Below are positions 49,502 to 58,733 of a stretch of 61,526 nt of DNA, piece after piece; within the stretch, counting starts at the first letter, position 1; each line of letters starts with the position of its first letter. The notes below the pieces were generated by a model. It did not search any database. It saw only the letters and a list, made by a program, of their open reading frames with translations, and had not been told where the DNA came from. The position numbers and the translations under genes were made by a program. The DNA is from Campylobacterales bacterium (lineage in GTDB: Bacteria; Campylobacterota; Campylobacteria; Campylobacterales; Sulfurimonadaceae): positions 1-61,526 of the forward strand of contig JAJRVE010000177.1 of assembly GCA_024277445.1 (NCBI GenBank). Direction: 5' to 3'.

Positions 49502-49802
49502 AAAGACAATGGAACATGCAGCGGTTTACCTTGAATCATTTGGTTTTAGTAAAGAACAGGTTGCGCCACTACTAGTACAGGCCAAAAATGATCTTACCAA
49601 AGAGCTTGAAAAAGCAGAAATGATTTTAAATACTGCTCCTATTGATCATGAAGCGGTCAATAACGTACTACATGCTTTAAAAGGGCTACTTTACTCTCTG
49701 GGAAATGAAGAGATGGCCAAGAAGATCGAGGCACTGCGAGAAGAAGATGATACTAGTAGAGATGTTGAAGAGATTAAAGCGCTACTGTTTGGTTTTAAAT
49801 AG
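49485..49802 (+). CDS. Hpt phosphotransfer protein
   Basis: LHALKGLLYSLG motif. Confidence 0.8.
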   Translation: MTKIIEKTMEHAAVYLESFGFSKEQVAPLLVQAKNDLTKELEKAEMILNTAPIDHEAVNNVLHALKGLLYSLGNEEMAKKIEALREEDDTSRDVEEIKALLFGFK

Positions 49803-49825
49803 AGAGTAGTAGTTTAAGTAGTGTT

Positions 49826-50359
49826 TCAGCGCTTTAAAATAGCTCTAATCTGTTGGGGCATATAGTAGTGAAACTGTTTTGGATAAATAAAAAAATCTAT
49901 ACTACCACTTCTCTCTTCCAGATCACTCCACTGTTCAATATCAAAATTAATAGCGATGATGCCAAGAGTTGGTAACTTCGAGACATGCTCATCTTTGACA
50001 AGGTGGTTCACCAGATCAGTAAGCTGTGGATTGTGTCCGATAAGAAAGAGACTCTCACAGGAGTCATCTTGAAGTGTAATAACCTCTTTTAATGTCTCAA
50101 CAGGTCTGAGATAGAGTTCCTGCAGGTAGTGTTTGGTACCTGTAAACTCGATGATATCGGAAAGTCCATCAGCTGTCTCCTGTGCTCTTAATGCACAGCT
50201 TGAGAGGATAAGGTCAGGTTTGATACCCTTTAAGAGAAGGTAGGAGCCCATGGTCTTAATATCATGATAGCCTTTTTTCTTCAGACTTCGTTCAAAATCA
50301 CTGGCTCCAGAGGCTTGCCAGTCTGATTTGGCGTGTCGAATCAGATATAAAGTTTTGAT
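49826..50359 (-). CDS. sixA: SixA-family phosphohistidine phosphatase (apparent ATC start)
   Basis: In-frame extension upstream of the ATG at 50251 gives IKTLYLIRHAKSDW..DFERSL; SSCALRAQET; IGHNP. Confidence 0.82.
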   Translation of the reverse strand: MKTLYLIRHAKSDWQASGASDFERSLKKKGYHDIKTMGSYLLLKGIKPDLILSSCALRAQETADGLSDIIEFTGTKHYLQELYLRPVETLKEVITLQDDSCESLFLIGHNPQLTDLVNHLVKDEHVSKLPTLGIIAINFDIEQWSDLEERSGSIDFFIYPKQFHYYMPQQIRAILKR

Positions 50360-50391
50360 AAGCGCCCCTTTAAAGATAGATTTTTAATATA

Positions 50392-50781
50392 CTAGATACG
50401 TGCAAGATCCTGGGACATCGCTTTTGAAGCTTTGTCCATGATCATCTTTGCCAAGGCTACGTTTCCGTCATCACGGAAGATCGAGAAGACATTTATCTTA
50501 GAGAAATTGTCTTGACTGAACTCACCAGCACTATTGATCAAAAAGACATGACCGTCCAAAGTCTTTGCTTCGATCGAAGATGCTTCACTGAAACCAACGT
50601 CCAGTGAAGATTCTGAGACCATACGAAAAGCATCATTGAAGATACTTGCAGAGTAAGGGATATCTGTTCCTGTGTTGTCGTTGTCTATATAGAGTGTCTC
50701 ACCCGAGTAGTTAAGTACGGCAGAACCGAGGTAGCCGTTAACGGCGCGTAGTCTTTTCATTGATTTTTCAAAATCGATCAT
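50392..50781 (-). CDS. Roadblock/LC7-like small protein
   Basis: L..VNGYLGSAVLNYSGE..GNVALAKM pattern; fold is inferred. Confidence 0.6.
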   Translation of the reverse strand: MIDFEKSMKRLRAVNGYLGSAVLNYSGETLYIDNDNTGTDIPYSASIFNDAFRMVSESSLDVGFSEASSIEAKTLDGHVFLINSAGEFSQDNFSKINVFSIFRDDGNVALAKMIMDKASKAMSQDLARI

Positions 50782-50800
50782 GGATAATTCCTTTTATTGT

Positions 50801-51319
50801 TTATTTGTTAAGTGACTGCATGAAACTGTTAAAAGTCTCAAGTGTCTGTCCGTTTTCCGAAAGGTATGCAAGCAGTGCCTTCTCTGAAGCTTCCACTCCT
50901 TCGTCTTGTTCTACCTTAAGTAGGTTGGCATAGAGTGCACTGATGGCCTCCTTGGCAGCTGGTGTGATCATTCTACGAGTAGATACATAGTTTCTAAATG
51001 ACCCATCAGGGTTTTTTGCAACTCTAACCTGTGCCAGTACCCAGTAGTAACCGCCATCTTTACAGAGGTTCTTCACATAAGCGTAAACTTCTTTACCCTC
51101 TTTGATATTTTGCCACAGATATTTGAAGATCACTTTAGGCATATCAGGATGGCGAAGAATAGAGTGGGGCTGATCAAGCAGCTCACCTTGGGTATATCCT
51201 GTGATTTTCATAAAGATAGGATTGGTATAGGTGATATTACCTTCAGCATCCCCCTTAGAGACGATCATATCAACGCTTGTCACTTCATGTTCTACATCAG
51301 TTGGTGTTGGTCTTTGCAT
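50801..51319 (-). CDS. Stand-alone Aer/CetB-like PAS protein
   Basis: IVSKGD.EG.ITY.N..F, HSILRHPDMP, W, VKNLCKDG.YYWV. ATG at 51319 with RBS AGGAG is preferred over 51463. Confidence 0.88.
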   Translation of the reverse strand: MQRPTPTDVEHEVTSVDMIVSKGDAEGNITYTNPIFMKITGYTQGELLDQPHSILRHPDMPKVIFKYLWQNIKEGKEVYAYVKNLCKDGGYYWVLAQVRVAKNPDGSFRNYVSTRRMITPAAKEAISALYANLLKVEQDEGVEASEKALLAYLSENGQTLETFNSFMQSLNK

Positions 51320-51376
51320 AGTCTGCTCCTGTTTGTTTTTATCAGCGGTATTATAAAAAAAAACTGCTATGGTGTA

Positions 51377-51394
51377 TGTAAGGTTTCTCCTACT
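51377..51394. promoter_or_regulatory. GacA/UvrY-box-like site shared by two divergent promoters
   Basis: TGTAAG-GTTTCT-CCTACT with TATAAT exactly 21 nt away on both strands (51350-55 minus; 51416-21 plus). Confidence 0.68.
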
Positions 51395-51495
51395 GTGAGA
51401 GATAACACTTTTGCATATAATTCTGCTTATCATTAGATCTACTGCTGTGTTATTGAAAAACATCGTAGTTTACAAGAGTGTTAAGAGGAGATACG

Positions 51496-53550
51496 ATGCA
51501 GGATTTAAATGCAGGTGAATTGAAAAGTCTGTTACAGCAGACAACAAAGAAGATAGAGTCTGCAGACAATAATATAGAAGTCAATACCATTGTGGAAAAA
51601 TTGATCACTTCGTTGATTGGTTCAGAGTATGCATCTTTATGGATTTTTGATGAGGATGCTGCCTCATTGATCCGAGAACGCCCAGAAGGCTCTGCCCGCG
51701 AGATCTCTATGTTAAACCAGCGTGGTATTATGGTCAAATCTTTTTTAACGATTACGGGGGGTATCTATAACTATCTTGCGAGTGAAAAAGAGTATTATCC
51801 TGAGACAGACAACCCTGATGAGATTAGGATTAAATCCAAGGTCATAGCACCACTTCTTGATGGAGAACGTTTTATCGGTATTGTAACAGCCTATTCGTCG
51901 ATCCGTCAGATCAAAAATTTTGATGAAGATGATGCTGAGGTTCTTAGATCGCTTTCCTCTTTCCTGATCAAGGTTGCTTGCTACATGCACCCTGAACTTA
52001 AACATGGACAAAAAGATCGTATCTACATCAAAGAAGATCTCAATAACGTCTCTCAACAGGTGATTCAAAAGGTAGAGGCGATTCAAGAAGCCAAGCAGGT
52101 AGTGGAAGCACCTGATGCTACGTTGAACTTCTTAGCCAATACGGTACATGATATCCGTACTCCAGCTAACAGTATGTATGGGTTTTTAGAGCTTCTCGAA
52201 GAGCAGATCGACAACCCGCGTCTCTTACAGTATATCAGCAATGCCAAAGAGAGTGCGCAGTTTATCAATGATCTGACCACTTCTATACTCGATCGTGTGA
52301 GCAGTCACCATGAGCGTAGCGGATCAAAGTCAGTGTGCCTTAATCCTTCAAAGTTCTTTGCAGATATTGCACAACTATTTTCGGCTAACATGTATAACAA
52401 GCAGTTGGATTTCAATGTCTTTGTTGATCCGGCACTTCCTAAAGAGATCTCTGTCGACAGTATTAAGTTAAAACGTATTGTGATGAACCTGATTGGAAAT
52501 GCCTATAAGTTTACGCCAAAGGGTGAACGTGTAGAGTTCTCTGTGGTGTATAAAAGAGAAAAAAAGATGATGCAGGTCTCTTTAAAAGATACAGGTATAG
52601 GTATTGCTAAAGAGAAACAAAAAGAGATCTTTAAAGCATTTAAACAGGCAGAAGATACGACCAATGTTGAGTTTGGTGGTACAGGATTGGGCCTCTCTAT
52701 CTGTGCAGAATATGTTAAGGATATGGGTGGTGCTCTAAAGCTAGAGAGTGCTTTGGATGTTGGGAGTACCTTTTACTTCGAGATACCATTAGAGGTTACG
52801 GATAAAACAGAGAACCTTCCATCTCTGAGACAAAGTAGTAAATCTTTTGTGATCCTACTTGAGAGCAGACATATTTCTGTGGCTCAGAACATTACGGAAT
52901 ATCTGTTGCGCATGGGTGTGAGTGAGAAAAATATTACCATCTCAAACACCTTGGGCGCGATTGATAAAAAGAGCACGCATTTTATTTGCTTTCAAAACAA
53001 GATGGATGTGACGATCTCGACTTTTGTTGAACGTAACAACATGAAGCTTCTAGTTGTTGAAGAAGTTTTGCTCTCTTTGGCCAAAGATGAAGAGCGTCTA
53101 CCATACAAAGTGATCTCTAAGTATGACTATTATGGAGATACTCTTTATGACTTTATGAGAGATGGCTCTCGTACAAAGGTCCTTGTTGTTGATGATGACA
53201 GGATTAATATAGAGCTTGTTAAAGCCTTTTTGGAAGATGACTTTTATCATGTTGATATCGCACAAGATGGTCTTCGTGCGTTAGAACTTTTAAAACAGGC
53301 TTTAGATGAAGGTGAACCTTTTGAACTGGTCTATCTAGACCAAAACATGCCAGGACATTCAGGTAAGGAGGTACTGACACAGTACCGTGCTTATGAGAAA
53401 GAGAAAAAGGGCAGTACGATCTATGCAGTCTCTATCTCAGTGGATCCGCTGGAGCAGGGAACAAAAGCGGGTCTTTTCGATGCCCATGTGGGTAAGCCTT
53501 TCAAAAAAAGAGAGATCAAAGAGATCTTACAAAGGCTAAAGGGAAAATAG
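51496..53550 (+). CDS. GAF-domain hybrid histidine kinase
   Basis: N-terminal GAF; VHDIRTP H-box; GGTGLGL; YLDQNMP receiver. ATG after RBS AGGAG. Confidence 0.88.
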   Translation: MQDLNAGELKSLLQQTTKKIESADNNIEVNTIVEKLITSLIGSEYASLWIFDEDAASLIRERPEGSAREISMLNQRGIMVKSFLTITGGIYNYLASEKEYYPETDNPDEIRIKSKVIAPLLDGERFIGIVTAYSSIRQIKNFDEDDAEVLRSLSSFLIKVACYMHPELKHGQKDRIYIKEDLNNVSQQVIQKVEAIQEAKQVVEAPDATLNFLANTVHDIRTPANSMYGFLELLEEQIDNPRLLQYISNAKESAQFINDLTTSILDRVSSHHERSGSKSVCLNPSKFFADIAQLFSANMYNKQLDFNVFVDPALPKEISVDSIKLKRIVMNLIGNAYKFTPKGERVEFSVVYKREKKMMQVSLKDTGIGIAKEKQKEIFKAFKQAEDTTNVEFGGTGLGLSICAEYVKDMGGALKLESALDVGSTFYFEIPLEVTDKTENLPSLRQSSKSFVILLESRHISVAQNITEYLLRMGVSEKNITISNTLGAIDKKSTHFICFQNKMDVTISTFVERNNMKLLVVEEVLLSLAKDEERLPYKVISKYDYYGDTLYDFMRDGSRTKVLVVDDDRINIELVKAFLEDDFYHVDIAQDGLRALELLKQALDEGEPFELVYLDQNMPGHSGKEVLTQYRAYEKEKKGSTIYAVSISVDPLEQGTKAGLFDAHVGKPFKKREIKEILQRLKGK

Positions 53551-53606
53551 TCGAGTTGATGTATAATTAGTAGCAATAGATTTTTTACAGTAAAGGCGCG
53601 CTCACT

Positions 53607-54257
53607 ATGAATACAGAAAAAACCTTGAATATTGTTTTGGCCGATGACCATAGTATTGTCAGAAGTGGTCTGAACTTTTTGATCGAGCAACAGCCCGGTA
53701 TGCAAGTGAATAAGGAAGCATCATCATTTGAGATGTTGATGGAGGTGTTAAAAGAGACCCCCTGTGATATTTTGATTCTTGACCTTAACATGGGTGACAA
53801 AAATGGTCTGCAGTCGGTCAAAGATGTGTCATCACGCTTTAAAGATCTCTCTATTTTGGTGTTAAGTATGTATCCTGAAGAGATGTATGCCTTACAATCG
53901 ATTAAAGCTGGGGCCGCAGGTTACTTGAATAAAAAAGTTGTTTCAGATGAGCTTGTTGATGCTATTTTGAGTGTGGCAAAGGGAAAGGTCTATCTTAGTA
54001 AAGCGGTTAATGATACTTTACTTTATGGAGAGTCACTGCAAAAAGAGGAAAAAAATCCTTCTGAACTTCTCTCGAAACGTGAGTTTGAAGTCCTTGCGAT
54101 GATCGCAGGTGGTATGAGTTATAAAGAGATCGCTGAAAAACTCTCTCTTAGTCCTAAGACAGTCTCTACCTATCGTACACGTATCTTGGACAAGCTCTCG
54201 CTCGATAATACCAACCAATTGATTCACTACGCACTTCAAAATGATATTATCGTTTAA
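53607..54257 (+). CDS. NarL/FixJ-family response regulator, UvrY/GacA-like
   Basis: LADDHSIVRSG, LDLNM, and LuxR HTH LSKREFEV..LSPKTVSTYRTRILDKL. Confidence 0.92.
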   Translation: MNTEKTLNIVLADDHSIVRSGLNFLIEQQPGMQVNKEASSFEMLMEVLKETPCDILILDLNMGDKNGLQSVKDVSSRFKDLSILVLSMYPEEMYALQSIKAGAAGYLNKKVVSDELVDAILSVAKGKVYLSKAVNDTLLYGESLQKEEKNPSELLSKREFEVLAMIAGGMSYKEIAEKLSLSPKTVSTYRTRILDKLSLDNTNQLIHYALQNDIIV

Positions 54258-54295
54258 AGCGATCACCCTCTAAAACGACACCCCAAGTTTAATAG

Positions 54296-54313
54296 TGTAA
54301 GGATTATCTTACA
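54296..54313. promoter_or_regulatory. Perfect GacA/UvrY-type box
   Basis: TGTAAG-GATTAT-CTTACA, 22 nt upstream of TATAAT (54336-41). Confidence 0.7.
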
Positions 54314-54409
54314 TACATTCATCTCTCGTACTCATTATAATAGAAAACAATAAAGATTTTTGCCAGATAATTTGGTAGCTGTTTTTTGTTAATTATGAGA
54401 GGAAGATGT

Positions 54410-56368
54410 ATGGTTCAGCCTTCTATGTCGATTCGTACCAAACTCATTTTGTTGATACTTGGTACGAATATCTTGCTGATACTACCAATGATCTATTCCA
54501 TTGGCCATACAACCAAGAAAGAATTTGATACTGTATTAAGTTATGAACTAGAACAGATGCAAAGCCTGAGTCAGAACATCTTTAATATCAACGAACATAA
54601 TGAGGCGATTGCCACTGAACAACTGGCACAAGATCCGAGGTTGTTACATTTTTTATCACAAAATAGCAAGTTGGTGTTGGAGAATGTGTTTCGACAAGAA
54701 CGCCGTTTGATGAAGTGTTCTCTGATAGTTTTACTAGATGATAAAGGTACAATTATCGGACAGACTCCAGAGTGGAAACTGAGCCAGAAAGAGGTAGACG
54801 CACTCTCTTTCGTTAAGAAGAGTTATGCACTGAAAACAGCACAGCATGGGCTGCTAAAAAAAAATAGCCTGTTACAATATCACACCGCTTTGTTGTATAA
54901 AAAGGGTACTGTTGTTGGTATGGTCTTGACAGCCAAGCTGATAGACAAGGCTGTTTTGCAGGCACTTAAAGCTAACACAGATCTTGAATATGCGCTAGTC
55001 TATAAAGCGCGTGTGCTAGATACTACCTTCAAAGATGTGTTTACACTCCCTTTTAATCATCATCAGTTAGAGTGGCTTGACATGCATCCTGATGAGAGTT
55101 TAATGACAAAGATGACTGATACCCATTATGTTGTCTCTATGCATCTGCTGGGTACAGACGAGGTGAAAATTCCGATATACTTACTGATTGCACTTAAAGA
55201 TACCCTTCCCTCTGAAGTGTTGGATAAAGCGTTTATTAATGTTGTACTGATCTTTTTTGTTGCGTTACTCATCATCGCTATCATGGCAACGCTTTTAAGT
55301 CATCAAATATATCGTATGTTCTCAAAGTTTATTGCTTTTACGGAACAGATCAAGTCAGGTGACTATAAAAGTAGTATAGAGTTCAAGACCAATGATGAGT
55401 TTGAGGTTCTAGCCTATAATCTTGATACAATGCGCGTTGCTATTTATGAGCAGGAACAGCGCCTGCGTAACTATGCGACTGACCTTGAGAAGACGATTGA
55501 TAAGAGCACAGATAAACTGCACGCGCAAGACAGCTTTTTACATACAATTTTTGATCTTCAAGAAGAGCTCATTTTTATTATTAAAAATGCTGAGATCGAT
55601 TATGCTAATCGGGCCGCGTTGAAGTTTTTTGCTTATGAAGGGCTGCTTGCATTTGCATCACAAAAAAAGTTCTTTAAACTTCCTGGAATGGAGCGCGATG
55701 AAGATTTTCATCATATGTTGATAAATGGAGCTCCTTTTCCAAATCAAGTTGATATCATGGATACCAATGGTGAAAAGACCCATTTTGAGGTGAAGTTTTA
55801 TCCTATGATAGATCAAAACACCTATATTATTGTCTTCAATAATATAACGGTCCATCAAAATGAGAAAGAGGCACTCTATCAGCTGGCTACGATTGATAGC
55901 TTGACGCGACTTCCAAACAGGTTTGATTTTGAGAATAAATTTGAGTATGTGAGACATCAACTTCTGAGAAGTAAGCTAGAAGCTGTTTTATGTATTGTTG
56001 ATATAGATGATTTTAAAAAGGTCAATGATACTTATGGACACTTAACAGGAGATAAGGTGTTGGTCAAATTGGCAGGGTTGATGACATCAAGTATTCGAGC
56101 CAGTGATCTTATCGCACGTTGGGGAGGAGATGAGTTTGTGATTGTATTTTATCCGACAACCGTAAATAATGCATTCAAAATACTTAAGACACTCAAGGAG
56201 CTTATTGAGGAGAGTGACATTTATGATGATATACCACATATAACATGTAGTTTTGGAGCCACCGTGCTTAGAAGCGACGATGATATGAATATGAGCTTTA
56301 AAAAAGCTGATGAGGCACTCTACCGTGCCAAGAAACGTGGTAAAAACTGGATTTGTTTTTCTGAATAG
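54410..56368 (+). CDS. Membrane diguanylate cyclase (Cache-like, HAMP, PAS-like, GGDEF)
   Basis: Two TM helices, HAMP, RASD I-site and intact GGDEF. Start chosen at ATG 54410 (ORF opens at 54386). Confidence 0.88.
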   Translation: MVQPSMSIRTKLILLILGTNILLILPMIYSIGHTTKKEFDTVLSYELEQMQSLSQNIFNINEHNEAIATEQLAQDPRLLHFLSQNSKLVLENVFRQERRLMKCSLIVLLDDKGTIIGQTPEWKLSQKEVDALSFVKKSYALKTAQHGLLKKNSLLQYHTALLYKKGTVVGMVLTAKLIDKAVLQALKANTDLEYALVYKARVLDTTFKDVFTLPFNHHQLEWLDMHPDESLMTKMTDTHYVVSMHLLGTDEVKIPIYLLIALKDTLPSEVLDKAFINVVLIFFVALLIIAIMATLLSHQIYRMFSKFIAFTEQIKSGDYKSSIEFKTNDEFEVLAYNLDTMRVAIYEQEQRLRNYATDLEKTIDKSTDKLHAQDSFLHTIFDLQEELIFIIKNAEIDYANRAALKFFAYEGLLAFASQKKFFKLPGMERDEDFHHMLINGAPFPNQVDIMDTNGEKTHFEVKFYPMIDQNTYIIVFNNITVHQNEKEALYQLATIDSLTRLPNRFDFENKFEYVRHQLLRSKLEAVLCIVDIDDFKKVNDTYGHLTGDKVLVKLAGLMTSSIRASDLIARWGGDEFVIVFYPTTVNNAFKILKTLKELIEESDIYDDIPHITCSFGATVLRSDDDMNMSFKKADEALYRAKKRGKNWICFSE

Positions 56369-56537
56369 TAAAAAGATGCAGGAAGCTTTTATGCTCTTTT
56401 GACATATCGTAAGCGATAAAGGAGGATAGCGCCAAAATAGTTTTATACTTAAATGTTATTTTAATGTTGTTTAAGTATTTTAATATGAATATAATGGTTA
56501 ATATAGATAAAGCACAGTAAGAAAATATGGAGAGAAC

Positions 56538-58733
56538 ATGAAGAAAACAGATAAGCTTGTAAGCTTAGTCGGTGAGTTTTTTAGTGCAAAAGATATTAAG
56601 ACAATTAACAAGATCACCAATGAGAATAGTGGTGTTATCGTAGACAATGATGATGTTATTTTTGATTTTAACTCACTGCATGTGCGTTTTGAAGGATGTA
56701 AGAACCATGAGGACCAAGAAGAGCTAGAGTTATTCTACAATATACTCGACTTGCATCTTAAATCACTTGAGGCGATCAATCAAGATGACAATTGTCTTAG
56801 TACAGTGAGTAACCATGAACTCAAAAACATACTCTCTTCAGCAAAGCTCTCTCTTGAGATGCTCAGTACCTATGACTTTGACAAGGATGATCGTGCAAAA
56901 TTACTTTTACAAGCGTTTAATGCTGTTAGTCAGTCTGTAAGTCTTTTTGATGAGATGGTTTTGATGGAGAAACTTCAACATCAAGAACGCAGTAAGAGTA
57001 TAGATATCGAGATGGTCGTACTGAAGCCTATTGTAGAGAGCATTTTAGAAACATTGTCTTCAGAGATCTCTACTAAAGCGATCAAGACTAAAGTTGAAGA
57101 TAAAAGTGAAGGACATGCCATCAGTGCAAGTGCTTTTTGGATCGAAAGAGCACTTTTCAACCTTATCTCTAATGCTGTCAAATACAATAAAGAGGGTGGT
57201 ACGCTGCAGATCGTCCTTAATGATGACAAGAAAAACCTATCTGTTAGTGTTATCGACAGTGGCATCGGTATCATCTCATCTGAACAGGAAAAGGTGATGG
57301 AAAAATTCCAGACCAGTGCCTCTACCCAGAACCAGGGGACAGGTGTCGGTCTGGCGCTTGTCAAGGCGATCGCTGAAGCACACAAGGGTAAACTTGAACT
57401 TGAAAGTGTCTATGAAGAGGGAACGATATTTACATTAACCCTGCCTAAAAAGATCACCAATAATAGGATCGAACACCCTCTGGCTGTCATGAATGCGGCG
57501 GCTGTTTTACTTCTGGTTGGAGTAAGTTACTTCTTCCCCGTAATCCCAAGTTTTGGAAACATAGAGTCTACATCTGCTTTTGACATGATTAAGCTTGATA
57601 ACGGTTCAACTATAAAGATTAAACAAGGGGGTGAGTACAGTTTTTTAGATCTTCATAATATTACAGGTTCGAAAAGTTATATGCGTTTGAGCCTCAATAG
57701 TGGTCAGGCAGAGGCTGATCTGCATCAGGTTCATGTCAACTTTGAAACACCGACTGCTTCGTTCAGAAATCTTGGAACAGAGCTGAACTTTGAACAGAAG
57801 CTTGACAAGGGTGTGGTCTCTGTCTACAAAGGTGAGCTTAAAGCGGGTCAAAAAAATGTTTATGAAGGTGAAGGATTTGTTAGTACAGCATCAGGGATAC
57901 AGGTAGTTGAACTTTTGGACCCTCCCTATGGCCTAGATAAAGAGAGCAAAGCGAATGGTGAGATGCTGATTGTCTTTAACCCGGTGGAAGGCGCTAAAAA
58001 ATACCGTTTAACCTTAGCTGAAGATGAGGATTTTACGCAAATTATAGAGGAAAAAGAGAGTAAATCAACTCATGTGAGTTTTACAATAAAGAAAGATGGT
58101 TATTACCATATTAAAGTGGCTGCACTGGATAAAAATGATATTTTGGGATTACCAAATCAAGGTGTATTTACAAATAATTATCATCTTCAACAGGGTATAA
58201 CTGCACGTGATCAGGGGTCGTATGCTCAAGCTGTGATACTGTTAAAACAGTCTATCTCAGAGTTTGACAAACATAATGCAGAACCTTATTCTGCATTAGG
58301 ATGGAACTACTATTTACAAAATAATTTTGTACAAGCGGCACGCTATTTTAAGCAGGCGATTGCTATCCGACCAACGGAAGGTAGTAAAGTACGTCTTGCC
58401 CGTATCTATTTTCATCTTAAAGAGTATAAAAAAGCTGACAAGATCTATCAACCGATGCTTAAAGACAATGATAACAACTTAGACGCTTTATGGGGAAGTG
58501 CTGAGATTTTTATTATGAAACATCAGTATGTAGCAGCTAAGAAGTATTTACAAAAGCTATTAGGTATTAATCCTTCTTACCCTTTAGCCAATTACGATAT
58601 GGCACGAGTAGCATTTTTAATGAAAAACAAGTCGCTTGGATTAAGATATCTTGACAAAGAGCTACATTATAATCCAGCCGCTAAAGAGTTGGTGAATGAT
58701 TTGAAATCACAAGTTAAGAAAGAAGCGCATTGA
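56538..58733 (+). CDS. Histidine kinase with C-terminal TM helix and FecR-like / FN3-like / TPR extracytoplasmic region
   Basis: NHELKN H-box, NAVKY and GTGVGL; TM 'AAAVLLLVGVSYFFPVI'; FETPTA..LGTEL..VSVYKGEL (FecR-like); TPR repeats. Confidence 0.8.
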   Translation: MKKTDKLVSLVGEFFSAKDIKTINKITNENSGVIVDNDDVIFDFNSLHVRFEGCKNHEDQEELELFYNILDLHLKSLEAINQDDNCLSTVSNHELKNILSSAKLSLEMLSTYDFDKDDRAKLLLQAFNAVSQSVSLFDEMVLMEKLQHQERSKSIDIEMVVLKPIVESILETLSSEISTKAIKTKVEDKSEGHAISASAFWIERALFNLISNAVKYNKEGGTLQIVLNDDKKNLSVSVIDSGIGIISSEQEKVMEKFQTSASTQNQGTGVGLALVKAIAEAHKGKLELESVYEEGTIFTLTLPKKITNNRIEHPLAVMNAAAVLLLVGVSYFFPVIPSFGNIESTSAFDMIKLDNGSTIKIKQGGEYSFLDLHNITGSKSYMRLSLNSGQAEADLHQVHVNFETPTASFRNLGTELNFEQKLDKGVVSVYKGELKAGQKNVYEGEGFVSTASGIQVVELLDPPYGLDKESKANGEMLIVFNPVEGAKKYRLTLAEDEDFTQIIEEKESKSTHVSFTIKKDGYYHIKVAALDKNDILGLPNQGVFTNNYHLQQGITARDQGSYAQAVILLKQSISEFDKHNAEPYSALGWNYYLQNNFVQAARYFKQAIAIRPTEGSKVRLARIYFHLKEYKKADKIYQPMLKDNDNNLDALWGSAEIFIMKHQYVAAKKYLQKLLGINPSYPLANYDMARVAFLMKNKSLGLRYLDKELHYNPAAKELVNDLKSQVKKEAH

